In this document: positions 1 to 7,682 of the stretch, piece after piece | Position numbering within the stretch: the stretch's first letter is position 1 | Layout: every line of letters starts with the position of its first letter | From: an uncultured archaeon | Lineage (GTDB): Archaea > Asgardarchaeota > Lokiarchaeia > Sigyniarchaeales > SOKP01 | Direction of reading: 5' to 3' | Length of the DNA: 14,691 bases | NCBI GenBank assembly: GCA_964388035.1 | Contig: CAYLZE010000119.1 | Span: forward strand, 1 to 14,691 | Program-made: the position numbers and the translations under genes | Notes under the pieces: model-generated | The model's database searches: none | What the model was told of the DNA's origin: nothing | Seen by the model: only the letters and a program-made list of their open reading frames with translations

Positions 1-166
1 TATCATAATTTTCTTCATGGAATTCATTTTCATATTCGCCTCTTTCCTCATCTTGTTTTTTATTCCAGTCATTGTCCTCTTCTTTTGTTTTCTTTTCTTC
101 ACTATTCCTGCTCCTTTCATTCCATCTATCTGTTTTCATTTTTTTATTAATTTTTTTTTTCCCCAT
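1..166 (-). CDS. Small charged microprotein, copy A (runs off the left edge): MGKKKINKKMKTDRWNERSRNSEEKKTKEEDNDWNKKQDEERGEYENEFHEENYD...
   Basis: ATG at 166-164 with an open frame to base 1. Ungapped paralog of 7512-7682, with several synonymous differences (aat/aac, aca/acg, gaa/gag, aaa/aag, gac/gat, ggc/ggt). Not in the supplied ORF track. Confidence 0.7.
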   Translation of the reverse strand, partial: MGKKKINKKMKTDRWNERSRNSEEKKTKEEDNDWNKKQDEERGEYENEFHEENYD

Positions 167-258
167 AACTTTATCTCGTAAATATATTTTCTTAAACTGC
201 TATCAATGTTATTTTAATATTTTTAAATATGATGGTTATAACATATTAGAGTTCCAAA
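2..258. repeat. Diverged direct repeat copy 1 (microprotein gene plus upstream region), partner 7518-7774
   Basis: Ungapped alignment at constant offset 7516 (cat 164-166 with 7680-7682; ttccaaa 252-258 with 7768-7774). Confidence 0.9.
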
Positions 259-282
259 CATGCCTTTTTATAGGGGTACGAC

Positions 283-320
283 CCTACTTCCTCCCTTCAT
301 ATCTGAGAGCTAGGGGCATC
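283..320 (-). mobile_element. Possible degenerate IS200/IS605-family end remnant
   Basis: The minus strand reads GATGCCCCTAGCTCTCAGATATGAAGGGAGGAAGTAGG. This GC-rich islet resembles the GAxGCCCC-hairpin-GGGGAGGAxG subterminal ends typical of IS605-type elements. The hairpin is partly broken and there is no tnpA/tnpB in the window. Confidence 0.3.
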
Positions 321-712
321 TTTATTTACTCATCAAATCTTAACCGATTGCGGAGAAAGAAGCAGACTTTTAATCTGAATGCTTTTATTTTGGAAAAAAT
401 GAACTTCATTAATGTAATGTGTTAGGTGATGATGTTGGGAAACTACATGGTATTATTAAATCATTTTAAATGAATTTTGCGGATTTTGTTGTCATCCAGA
501 TTCTATTGTATTTGGGTCAAACTTTAATACTAAATTTTCCCTTTAGAAGGATTGAAGCTATTCCTTCTGGAAAGAGTAATTCTTTAAACCTTTAGAGATA
601 TTATTCATCTATGGTCAGATCCCTATAAAAGCGGATATGAAAACACACTATTGTGAAGCAGTAAATTAATTTTCTCACATTTTATTTAGAGAAGCTCATG
701 ATTAGGTATCAA

Positions 713-1285
713 TCAACCTTCTTGATTTTTTATTTTTTTTTGGTAAAATTTTTCTAATTTTTCTTTATGTTTTATATATTTATTAGTTAAATGTTCTAGT
801 TGTTCATTCATTTTATTATATCTTTGATTTGGATCTAAAGATTGTATAATTTTAACATTATAAGGATCTTTTTTCATAATTTTTCTCAAATCTTCAGAAA
901 ACTCATTAAATTGATTAGTATCACCATTCCAACTTTCGAAATCTAATACAGATTGAAATTTATTGCTAAATTTTTCATTTAATATTTTAATAAATTTCCT
1001 TATTTGCATTTCATTTATTTGAAATTCATCATTTATAGCAACCACAATAAGTATATACTTAGAAAAATCAAAGAATATTTTGTGATTTAATAAAGCAATG
1101 TGCTTTATTTTATCAGTAAATACTTCTCCAGCAAAACTCAACAAAGCTGAAAGAAAACTAAATACTAAATTTGAATCTATATTATCTTTGGTTAAATCCT
1201 TATAAATTTCTTCAAAAAGACAGATACCAGATTTAATTTCTAAAATCCAAATACTTTCAATAATATATTCGAATCTCTTTTCCAT
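713..1285 (-). CDS. Longin-domain protein (Asgard type) with C-terminal basic coiled-coil tail, copy 1
   Basis: 190 aa. The pattern IESIWILEIKSGICLF...LVFSFLSALLSFAGE...F..KF...L...WNGD..QF..F matches the longin fold commonly seen in Asgard archaea. Confidence 0.75.
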   Translation of the reverse strand: MEKRFEYIIESIWILEIKSGICLFEEIYKDLTKDNIDSNLVFSFLSALLSFAGEVFTDKIKHIALLNHKIFFDFSKYILIVVAINDEFQINEMQIRKFIKILNEKFSNKFQSVLDFESWNGDTNQFNEFSEDLRKIMKKDPYNVKIIQSLDPNQRYNKMNEQLEHLTNKYIKHKEKLEKFYQKKIKNQEG

Positions 1286-1353
1286 ATTTTAAAAACAATT
1301 TAAAATATTTAAAAATTTTTACCTTAAAAAATATCATCCGCAATTTTATTAAA

Positions 1354-1410
1354 AATTGTCTGCGATTGGAATTATCTCCTTTTGGGATTCAAGCAATCTC
1401 GATAGAACCC
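1354..1410 (+). pseudogene. Internal scrap of a short-chain dehydrogenase/reductase (SDR)
   Basis: Frame reads NCLRLELSPFGIQAISIEP, matching the classical SDR segment LRxELxPFGIxVxxIEPG that follows YxxxK. The rest of the gene is absent. Confidence 0.55.
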
Positions 1411-1569
1411 TCAAAAATGCTTTTTCAAAGGATTGTAAAAAATGATAGCCAGATTCCCAGACTTAATTTAAATATTTATCCTAATAGTACGCCCATGTAC
1501 TATATACTTTTATCATTAGACCTTATTTTATATATCCCCTTAACCAAACCATAGATAATACTGGCAATA

Positions 1570-1870
1570 ATGCCAAAACACCCGATAGGAATGGAAAATC
1601 CACACTCGACTCCTTCATTTTACAAATGCTTGGCGCTAAATTTAGCCGAGTATCAGGCGGCTCTTAAAAGAAACAGAATTCCGTGTCTGGTAATTCATGA
1701 TAAAAATGATCCCATCGTTCCATTCAAACATGCTGAGCTTTTAGCTACCAAGACCAGCAGTCCCACATTTTTACTTCACGATTATGGTCTTGTTTTTGGG
1801 ATCACTGAAGATTTAAGATGACTTATTGGACGAAATCATGAAATTTATTAACGAGAACTCTGAAAGTTAG
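1570..1870 (+). pseudogene. C-terminal remnant of an alpha/beta hydrolase, frameshifted
   Basis: IPCLVIHDKNDPIVPFKHAELLA matches the PxLxIxGxxDxxVP motif. The expected catalytic GH reads GL (ggt ctt). A +1 frame from 1817 supplies a typical last helix, DDLLDEIMKFINENSES*. No nucleophile-elbow half. Confidence 0.7.
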
Positions 1871-1939
1871 TCCAAATCTTGTCAATCAAAAGAAGGAATA
1901 TTTTAAAGGAGCAATGTTATTATATAACTATCATCATGG

Positions 1940-2557
1940 ATGTCATTAGTAAATAATGTTTTCGGAATGAAGTTAAGAGAAGATAAAAAAAAAGGAGGGC
2001 TTATATACGTCTCTAAAAATGCTAAAAAGATTGAATCAAATGAACTAATGGACCAAATTTTTAAAAGGTCGAAGGGTAAAGCTATAGATTTAGTAGTTGA
2101 TTATGAACTTCCCACAGTCACACCAGAGATGATTGATTGGTGGTGGGATAATATTGACTCTAGCGTCCGCTATCAATTATGGCACCCAGAAGATCATAAA
2201 TCCTTTGAGTGGGAAGTATCCCCTAAAAAAGGTCATGTTGGAGCCATTCAACGTATCGTCGAAAATATTGGACTCCCTACCATGTTGAGAATTCGATGGG
2301 AAGATCCTAGTTCCTCACCAATACCAATAGAGTATAGCCATGCTCTTTTAGGGAATAGACTGAATCGAGAGGATAAGCCCATGAGCTGGCTTTTACATGA
2401 ATATGAACAAATTGAAAATAGAACAAAATTACGAACAACTTTTCGATTACCTGCCAAAACTCCAAAATCATTTATAGAGGCATTACGCAAGCATAATATA
2501 GAAGAAATAAGTCAATTTACAAATTTTTTACCAAAGTTATATGAAGAGAATAAGTAA
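1940..2557 (+). CDS. PhlG-like (DAPG hydrolase family) putative Zn-dependent hydrolase, copy 1; start may be ATG 1967
   Basis: Motifs LPTVTPEMIDWWW...RYQLWHPEDH, VENIG and KHNIEE..FLPKLY match the DAPG hydrolase family, including the His/Glu metal-ligand positions. A TATA-like ttattatata lies at 1917-1926. Confidence 0.8.
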   Translation: MSLVNNVFGMKLREDKKKGGLIYVSKNAKKIESNELMDQIFKRSKGKAIDLVVDYELPTVTPEMIDWWWDNIDSSVRYQLWHPEDHKSFEWEVSPKKGHVGAIQRIVENIGLPTMLRIRWEDPSSSPIPIEYSHALLGNRLNREDKPMSWLLHEYEQIENRTKLRTTFRLPAKTPKSFIEALRKHNIEEISQFTNFLPKLYEENK

Positions 2558-2690
2558 ATTAAAAGAACCATCATGAACCTGGGCATTGTTCGAAAAAAAA
2601 GTTATCTTAAGCCAATTAAAATTCCCTTCACTGTAAAATAAAATATAAATTAAAAAAATTAAAAATATATTTTTAATAATAGTTTTTACA

Positions 2691-2800
2691 TTATTCTTCC
2701 GACTCTTTCTTCTTAGGTTTAACAATCTAGAGAAATTGAGTTCATACAGAATCTCTGTCTGGTTTGAACACATGGCCCAAATGTCCCTTGCATTTGCTGC
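2691..2800 (-). pseudogene. msrB: msrB 3' remnant (shortest and most decayed)
   Basis: Minus strand: [11 protein letters not shown] [deletion of DGPKP] [13 protein letters not shown] [frameshift] PKKKESEE*, aligning to the C-terminus of msrB 6573-6977. Confidence 0.9.
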
Positions 2801-3194
2801 TCTTTTTTTATTCATCAAATCTTGACCGATTGCGAAGAAAGAAGCAGACTTTTAATCTGAATGCTTTTATTTTGGAAAAAATGAACTTCATTAATGTAAT
2901 GTGTTAGGTGATGATGTTGGGAAACTACATGGTATTATTAAATCATTTTAAATGAATTTTGCGGATTTTGTTGTCATCCAGATTCTATTGTATTTGGGTC
3001 AAACTTTAATACTAAATTTTCCCTTTAGAAGGATTGAAGCTATTCCTTCTGGAAAGAGTAATTCTTTAAACCTTTAGAGATATTATTCATCTATGGTCAG
3101 ATCCCTATAAAAGCGGATATGAAAACACACTATTGTGAAGCAGTAAATTAATTTTCTCACATTTTATTTAGAGAAGCTCATGATTAGGTATCAA

Positions 3195-3767
3195 TCAACC
3201 TTCTTGATTTTTTATTTTTTTTTGGTAAAATTTTTCTAATTTTTCTTTATGTTTTATATATTTATTAGTTAAATGTTCTAGTTGTTCATTCATTTTATTA
3301 TATCTTTGATTTGGATCTAAAGATTGTATAATTTTAACATTATAAGGATCTTTTTTCATAATTTTTCTCAAATCTTCAGAAAACTCATTAAATTGATTAG
3401 TATCACCATTCCAACTTTCGAAATCTAATACAGATTGAAATTTATTGCTAAATTTTTCATTTAATATTTTAATAAATTTCCTTATTTGCATTTCATTTAT
3501 TTGAAATTCATCATTTATAGCAACCACAATAAGTATATACTTAGAAAAATCAAAGAATATTTTGTGATTTAATAAAGCAATGTGCTTTATTTTATCAGTA
3601 AATACTTCTCCAGCAAAACTCAACAAAGCTGAAAGAAAACTAAATACTAAATTTGAATCTATATTATCTTTGGTTAAATCCTTATAAATTTCTTCAAAAA
3701 GACAGATACCAGATTTAATTTCTAAAATCCAAATACTTTCAATAATATATTCGAATCTCTTTTCCAT
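3195..3767 (-). CDS. Longin-domain protein, copy 2 (identical protein)
   Basis: Translation identical to 713-1285. Confidence 0.75.
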   Translation of the reverse strand: MEKRFEYIIESIWILEIKSGICLFEEIYKDLTKDNIDSNLVFSFLSALLSFAGEVFTDKIKHIALLNHKIFFDFSKYILIVVAINDEFQINEMQIRKFIKILNEKFSNKFQSVLDFESWNGDTNQFNEFSEDLRKIMKKDPYNVKIIQSLDPNQRYNKMNEQLEHLTNKYIKHKEKLEKFYQKKIKNQEG

Positions 3768-3835
3768 ATTTTAAAAACAATTTAAAATATTTAAAAATTT
3801 TTACCTTAAAAAATATCATCCGCAATTTTATTAAA

Positions 3836-3892
3836 AATTGTCTGCGATTGGAATTATCTCCTTTTGGGATTCAAGCAATCTCGATAGAACCC
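3836..3892 (+). pseudogene. SDR scrap, copy 2
   Basis: Duplicate of 1354-1410. Confidence 0.55.
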
Positions 3893-4051
3893 TCAAAAAT
3901 GCTTTTTCAAAGGATTGTAAAAAATGATAGCCAGATTCCCAGACTTAATTTAAATATTTATCCTAATAGTACGCCCATGTACTATATACTTTTATCATTA
4001 GACCTTATTTTATATATCCCCTTAACCAAACCATAGATAATACTGGCAATA

Positions 4052-4352
4052 ATGCCAAAACACCCGATAGGAATGGAAAATCCACACTCGACTCCTTCAT
4101 TTTACAAATGCTTGGCGCTAAATTTAGCCGAGTATCAGGCGGCTCTTAAAAGAAACAGAATTCCGTGTCTGGTAATTCATGATAAAAATGATCCCATCGT
4201 TCCATTCAAACATGCTGAGCTTTTAGCTACCAAGACCAGCAGTCCCACATTTTTACTTCACGATTATGGTCTTGTTTTTGGGATCACTGAAGATTTAAGA
4301 TGACTTATTGGACGAAATCATGAAATTTATTAACGAGAACTCTGAAAGTTAG
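4052..4352 (+). pseudogene. Alpha/beta hydrolase C-terminal remnant, copy 2
   Basis: Duplicate of 1570-1870. Confidence 0.7.
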
Positions 4353-4421
4353 TCCAAATCTTGTCAATCAAAAGAAGGAATATTTTAAAGGAGCAATGTT
4401 ATTATATAACTATCATCATGG

Positions 4422-5039
4422 ATGTCATTAGTAAATAATGTTTTCGGAATGAAGTTAAGAGAAGATAAAAAAAAAGGAGGGCTTATATACGTCTCTAAAA
4501 ATGCTAAAAAGATTGAATCAAATGAACTAATGGACCAAATTTTTAAAAGGTCGAAGGGTAAAGCTATAGATTTAGTAGTTGATTATGAACTTCCCACAGT
4601 CACACCAGAGATGATTGATTGGTGGTGGGATAATATTGACTCTAGCGTCCGCTATCAATTATGGCACCCAGAAGATCATAAATCCTTTGAGTGGGAAGTA
4701 TCCCCTAAAAAAGGTCATGTTGGAGCCATTCAACGTATCGTCGAAAATATTGGACTCCCTACCATGTTGAGAATTCGATGGGAAGATCCTAGTTCCTCAC
4801 CAATACCAATAGAGTATAGCCATGCTCTTTTAGGGAATAGACTGAATCGAGAGGATAAGCCCATGAGCTGGCTTTTACATGAATATGAACAAATTGAAAA
4901 TAGAACAAAATTACGAACAACTTTTCGATTACCTGCCAAAACTCCAAAATCATTAATAGAGGCATTATGTAAGCATAATATAGAAGAGATAAGACAATTT
5001 ACAAACTTTTTACCAAAATTATACAAAGAGAATAAGTAA
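4422..5039 (+). CDS. PhlG-like (DAPG hydrolase family) protein, copy 2 with a variant C-terminus
   Basis: Same as copy 1 except in the last 29 codons (F>L, R>C, S>R, E>K plus 4 synonymous codon changes). Confidence 0.8.
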   Translation: MSLVNNVFGMKLREDKKKGGLIYVSKNAKKIESNELMDQIFKRSKGKAIDLVVDYELPTVTPEMIDWWWDNIDSSVRYQLWHPEDHKSFEWEVSPKKGHVGAIQRIVENIGLPTMLRIRWEDPSSSPIPIEYSHALLGNRLNREDKPMSWLLHEYEQIENRTKLRTTFRLPAKTPKSLIEALCKHNIEEIRQFTNFLPKLYKENK

Positions 5040-5170
5040 CTTAAAAGAACAATTGTAAACCTTGGCATTGTTCAAAAAAAATAGTTTTCTAAAATAAATT
5101 TAGATTCCTTTTAATAGAAAATAAAATAGAATAAGAAAATTAAGATTATATTTTAAAAATCATATCTACC

Positions 5171-5428
5171 TTATTCTTCAGACTCTTTCTTCTTAGGATT
5201 AAAATCTGAGGAAATCGAGTTCGTGCAATATCTTTACCCCGTGGGTTTGGGACCATCATTAAAAACGTGTCCAAGATATCCCTTGCATTTTTTACACAAT
5301 ATTTCATTTCGAATCATTCCATGACTATAATCTTTATTTATCTCAACGCTCTCATCGCTAAGAGGAGCATAAAAACTGGGCCATCCCGTACCAGATTCAA
5401 ATTTTGTTTCCAAATCGAATATTGGATG
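5171..5428 (-). pseudogene. msrB: msrB 3' remnant (5'-truncated, premature stop)
   Basis: [87 protein letters not shown] at 5236-5234 replaces Gln. The N-terminal part, including the first CxxC, is missing. Confidence 0.95.
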
Positions 5429-5459
5429 GAATACAGGATTTCATCTTGGAAACAATTGG

Positions 5460-6212
5460 TCAATGACACGTCTTTCTAAACACATAAATAGCCCACCCAA
5501 ATGCCTCCCGCTCCCATTTCAAATATAATTTTTTCTCTTTATTTAATTTGGCCAAAAACTCGGGAAGGTCGGGATCTTCTGGATATTCCTGAGCATACTT
5601 GTCCATTGCATACCACTGAAGCCCGAGATATCTATCCCACTCATCATGGGTGCTCACGAAAGTGTATAGCAGTTTTAGACCGAGATTCTCTCCAATTTGC
5701 ACGTTCCCAACATGATTGCTGAACATTTCATATTTCATTTCCGAGAGATCGAAATACTCTTTTGGAGGCTTGCTGTTCCAAAATGGTTCTCCCACAATGA
5801 CGAGTCCGTTACGCTTTGTTTGGCTCATCAAATACTTAAGTGTACCCTCATGTCCGTTATAAATCCAACTGGCACCTAAACAACATGTGAGGTCAAAGCT
5901 CTCTGGTGTATCGGGCTTATAATTGGCACCATCCATTTCAATTAGTGTTAAATCGGCATTCGGGGCACGTTCTTTCGCTTTTCTTTTAGCATCACCGAGA
6001 TGGTAGGGCGAGATATCAACACCTATTGCGGATACATTATACTTTTCGACGAGCAGAATCAGAAACTCTCCTTTACCGGTGGCAATTTCTAACACTTTTG
6101 AACCTGATCTTAACGCCAAGAGGGTGATAAGCTCGTTTAATTTTTCGATGCTCATAGGATTGCATATGAGATGCTCCTTGTGCGTAACATCGTAATATTT
6201 CCAAAAATCCAT
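5460..6212 (-). CDS. Class I SAM-dependent methyltransferase, YjhP-like
   Basis: Motif I VLEIATGKGE, then GVDIS, CLGASWI, GEPFW, WDRY and C-terminal REAFGWAIYVFRK. These parallel E. coli YjhP (CVGATWI, GEPYW, WDRY, RECFGWGVF). Confidence 0.85.
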   Translation of the reverse strand: MDFWKYYDVTHKEHLICNPMSIEKLNELITLLALRSGSKVLEIATGKGEFLILLVEKYNVSAIGVDISPYHLGDAKRKAKERAPNADLTLIEMDGANYKPDTPESFDLTCCLGASWIYNGHEGTLKYLMSQTKRNGLVIVGEPFWNSKPPKEYFDLSEMKYEMFSNHVGNVQIGENLGLKLLYTFVSTHDEWDRYLGLQWYAMDKYAQEYPEDPDLPEFLAKLNKEKKLYLKWEREAFGWAIYVFRKTCH

Positions 6213-6572
6213 AGTTATCCGTTTTGTAATGTTTAAGATACCTCTTTAAGTTTTTGAATTTGTTCATCCAGAATTATGAGTTAACAGTAAAAAAAATAAT
6301 TGCATTTTTTTTGGAAAACTTAGCATCTATTTTAGAAATTCACAAGACCTTATGATCTTCGTTTGATTTATGCCAATAAAAAATGTGAGAAATGTCTTTA
6401 AGTCGTTTTCTACGATTGCTAGAAATAAATAGATGGATTGCTAAAGATTTCCATATTTTTCCGTCTCAAATTAAGAAGTATTTGATATGAGGCTTATGAA
6501 AAATGGTGAGTTCAAGTAAAATGTTCTGGTTCAAAAAAAAAGTTCGCAAAGTTCAACTAAGATGTTCTCGTA

Positions 6573-6977
6573 TTACTCTTTCTTCTTAGGATTAAAATCT
6601 AAGGAAATTGAGTTCATGCAGAATCTCTGTCCAGTTGGTTTGGGCCCGTCATTAAATACATGACCTAAATGTCCCTTGCACTTGCTACATAATATTTCGT
6701 TACGGATCATGCCATGACTGAAATCTCTTTTAGTTTCTACAGCATTATCATTAATTGGTTTATAAAAACTTGGCCATCCCGTTCCAGATTCAAACTTTGT
6801 CTCTGAATCAAATAAAGGATTTCCACATCCCGCACATCGGTATATACCATCTTCATGATTATCCCAATATTTGCCGGAAAATGGTCTTTCTGTTCCTTTT
6901 TCTCGAAGCACGTGATATTGCTCTTTAGTAAGGGTTTTCTTCCAATCTTTTTCAGATTTTTCTTCTATCGACTCCAT
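6573..6977 (-). CDS. msrB: Peptide methionine-(R)-sulfoxide reductase MsrB (Zn-binding, Cys form)
   Basis: Motifs [37 protein letters not shown] and RFCMNS. ATG at 6977 is preferred over the track start at 6998. Confidence 0.97.
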   Translation of the reverse strand: MESIEEKSEKDWKKTLTKEQYHVLREKGTERPFSGKYWDNHEDGIYRCAGCGNPLFDSETKFESGTGWPSFYKPINDNAVETKRDFSHGMIRNEILCSKCKGHLGHVFNDGPKPTGQRFCMNSISLDFNPKKKE

Positions 6978-7012
6978 GGTTACATGGAGATGAATCAATA
7001 ATTTTAAAATTT

Positions 7013-7092
7013 TGCTTCTAAATTATTAGTAGAAGAAGGAGGAGGCTTGGTAGAGTAAGAAGGGATTCTTTTTCCATTTATTTTTTATAAAC
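7013..7092. repeat. 80-bp direct repeat copy A (duplicate of the hisI 3' end and its downstream sequence)
   Basis: Ungapped alignment with 7877-7956, 59/80 identical by hand count. The last 18 bp are identical (catttattttttataaac, the complement of hisI V-Y-K-K-stop plus 3 nt). Confidence 0.85.
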
Positions 7093-7470
7093 GCACTTAG
7101 CAATACGGAATTAATTGAAGCTTGGATTAGAACCATTTTTGATATAATTTTTTATCCCTTCCTGAGCAATTCTATCGGGAACTCAATCTTTTTTATCGTC
7201 ACAATTTTCCGCCAATTCTGGGATTGTTGCTTCTAAAGGTAAAATATCAACAATTCCCAATTCAATAACGCCCTCCACTTCATTTAGTCTTTCAATCTAT
7301 TCAATTACAGATATCCTCTTTTGCCATATAATGATGAGCGAATTTGAATTATTTCTAAGGAGATTCGTATGTTTCAAATTGAGATTAATATTAATAATTT
7401 CCAAATCCTATTGGATAAGTTCAGTTTGTTCGTTTCTAAGGGTTATTTGAATAAGTCTTTTTTTTCTCAC
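7090..7470 (-). pseudogene. N-terminal remnant of a TIGR00341/DUF389-like membrane protein
   Basis: GTG start with GAGG upstream. Reads MRKKRLIQITL...IERLNEVEGVIELGIVDILPLEATIP...DRIAQEGIKNYIKNGSNPSFN, then VLLSAF in a shifted frame. In-frame stops at 7410, 7299, 7185 and 7113. Resembles the archaeal family pattern MRLVQ...DRIAREE...PSF...VxSA. Confidence 0.55.
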
Positions 7471-7511
7471 TTCCTCGTCACTTTATATAATACTAAAATA
7501 GTACTACGAGA

Positions 7512-7682
7512 TTATTCATCATAGGATTCTTCATGGAATTCATTTTCATATTCACCTTTTTCCTCATCATCTTTTTTATTCCAGTCATTATCCTCTTCCT
7601 TTGTTTTCTTTTCTTCGCGATTCCTATTCCTCTCATTCCATTCATCCGTTTTCATTTTTTTGTTAATTTTTTTTTTTTTCAT
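7512..7682 (-). CDS. 56-aa charged microprotein, copy B: MKKKKINKKMKTDEWNERNRNREEKKTKEEDNDWNKKDDEEKGEYENEFHEESYDE
   Basis: ATG preceded by AGGAG. Conserved paralog at 1-166. Conserved upstream TTTAAAAATATT. Not in the ORF track, whose shortest entries are 60 aa. Confidence 0.75.
   Translation of the reverse strand: MKKKKINKKMKTDEWNERNRNREEKKTKEEDNDWNKKDDEEKGEYENEFHEESYDE

Larger units (their letters stand above)
319..2800. repeat. Tandem duplication unit 1 (period 2482 bp)
   Basis: All ORFs recur at +2482 (713/3195, 1366/3848, 1570/4052, 1940/4422). The core 354-2472 appears identical to 2836-4954. Mismatches are confined to the edges. Confidence 0.97.
2801..5290. repeat. Tandem duplication unit 2
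   Basis: Matches unit 1. First right-edge mismatch at 4955 (vs 2473). Diverged homology continues through the intergenic region into the msrB remnant. The right boundary is approximate. Confidence 0.95.

Noticed and set aside
72-425. 117-aa hydrophobic ORF on the plus strand
   Set aside because: It is the antisense shadow of the Lys/Glu-rich microprotein (hence Phe/Ser/Leu-rich) and runs across two repeat junctions.
430-700. Possible decayed CDS on the minus strand (RFKELLFPEGIASILLKGKFSIKV*PKYNRIW)
   Set aside because: No recognisable family, and multiple stops. Cannot be supported without a search.
2248-2490. Antisense ORFs 2248-2490 and 4730-5068
   Set aside because: Shadows of the PhlG-like genes.
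2471-2557. Diversity-generating retroelement (variable 3' end of the PhlG-like gene)
   Set aside because: Differences are not adenine-specific relative to either copy on either strand, are mostly third-position, and continue into intergenic DNA. No reverse transcriptase is present.
2537-2818. 93-aa minus-strand ORF
   Set aside because: It is an off-frame read through the msrB remnant and AT-rich spacer, and is not open in the second unit.
5267-6267. ORFs 5267-5479, 5501-5722, 5697-5879 and 6073-6267
   Set aside because: They overlap the msrB remnant or the methyltransferase in other frames or strands, with no motifs.
6345-6374. RPYDLRLIYA, resembling the tyrosine recombinase box II
   Set aside because: It lacks the conserved His, the surrounding frame is full of stops, and no other recombinase motif is nearby. 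Too short to support.
7018-7077. Leu-rich 19-aa uORF ([19 protein letters not shown]) upstream of msrB as an attenuator leader
   Set aside because: The homologous repeat copy has a stop at codon 6 and does not keep the Leu run. msrB has no link to leucine metabolism.
7111-7410. Sec/Pyl or stop-codon recoding in the DUF389-like frame (and TAA in the msrB remnant)
   Set aside because: Mixed TAG/TGA/TAA stops plus a frameshift and truncation indicate decay. All three stops terminate normal genes in this window.
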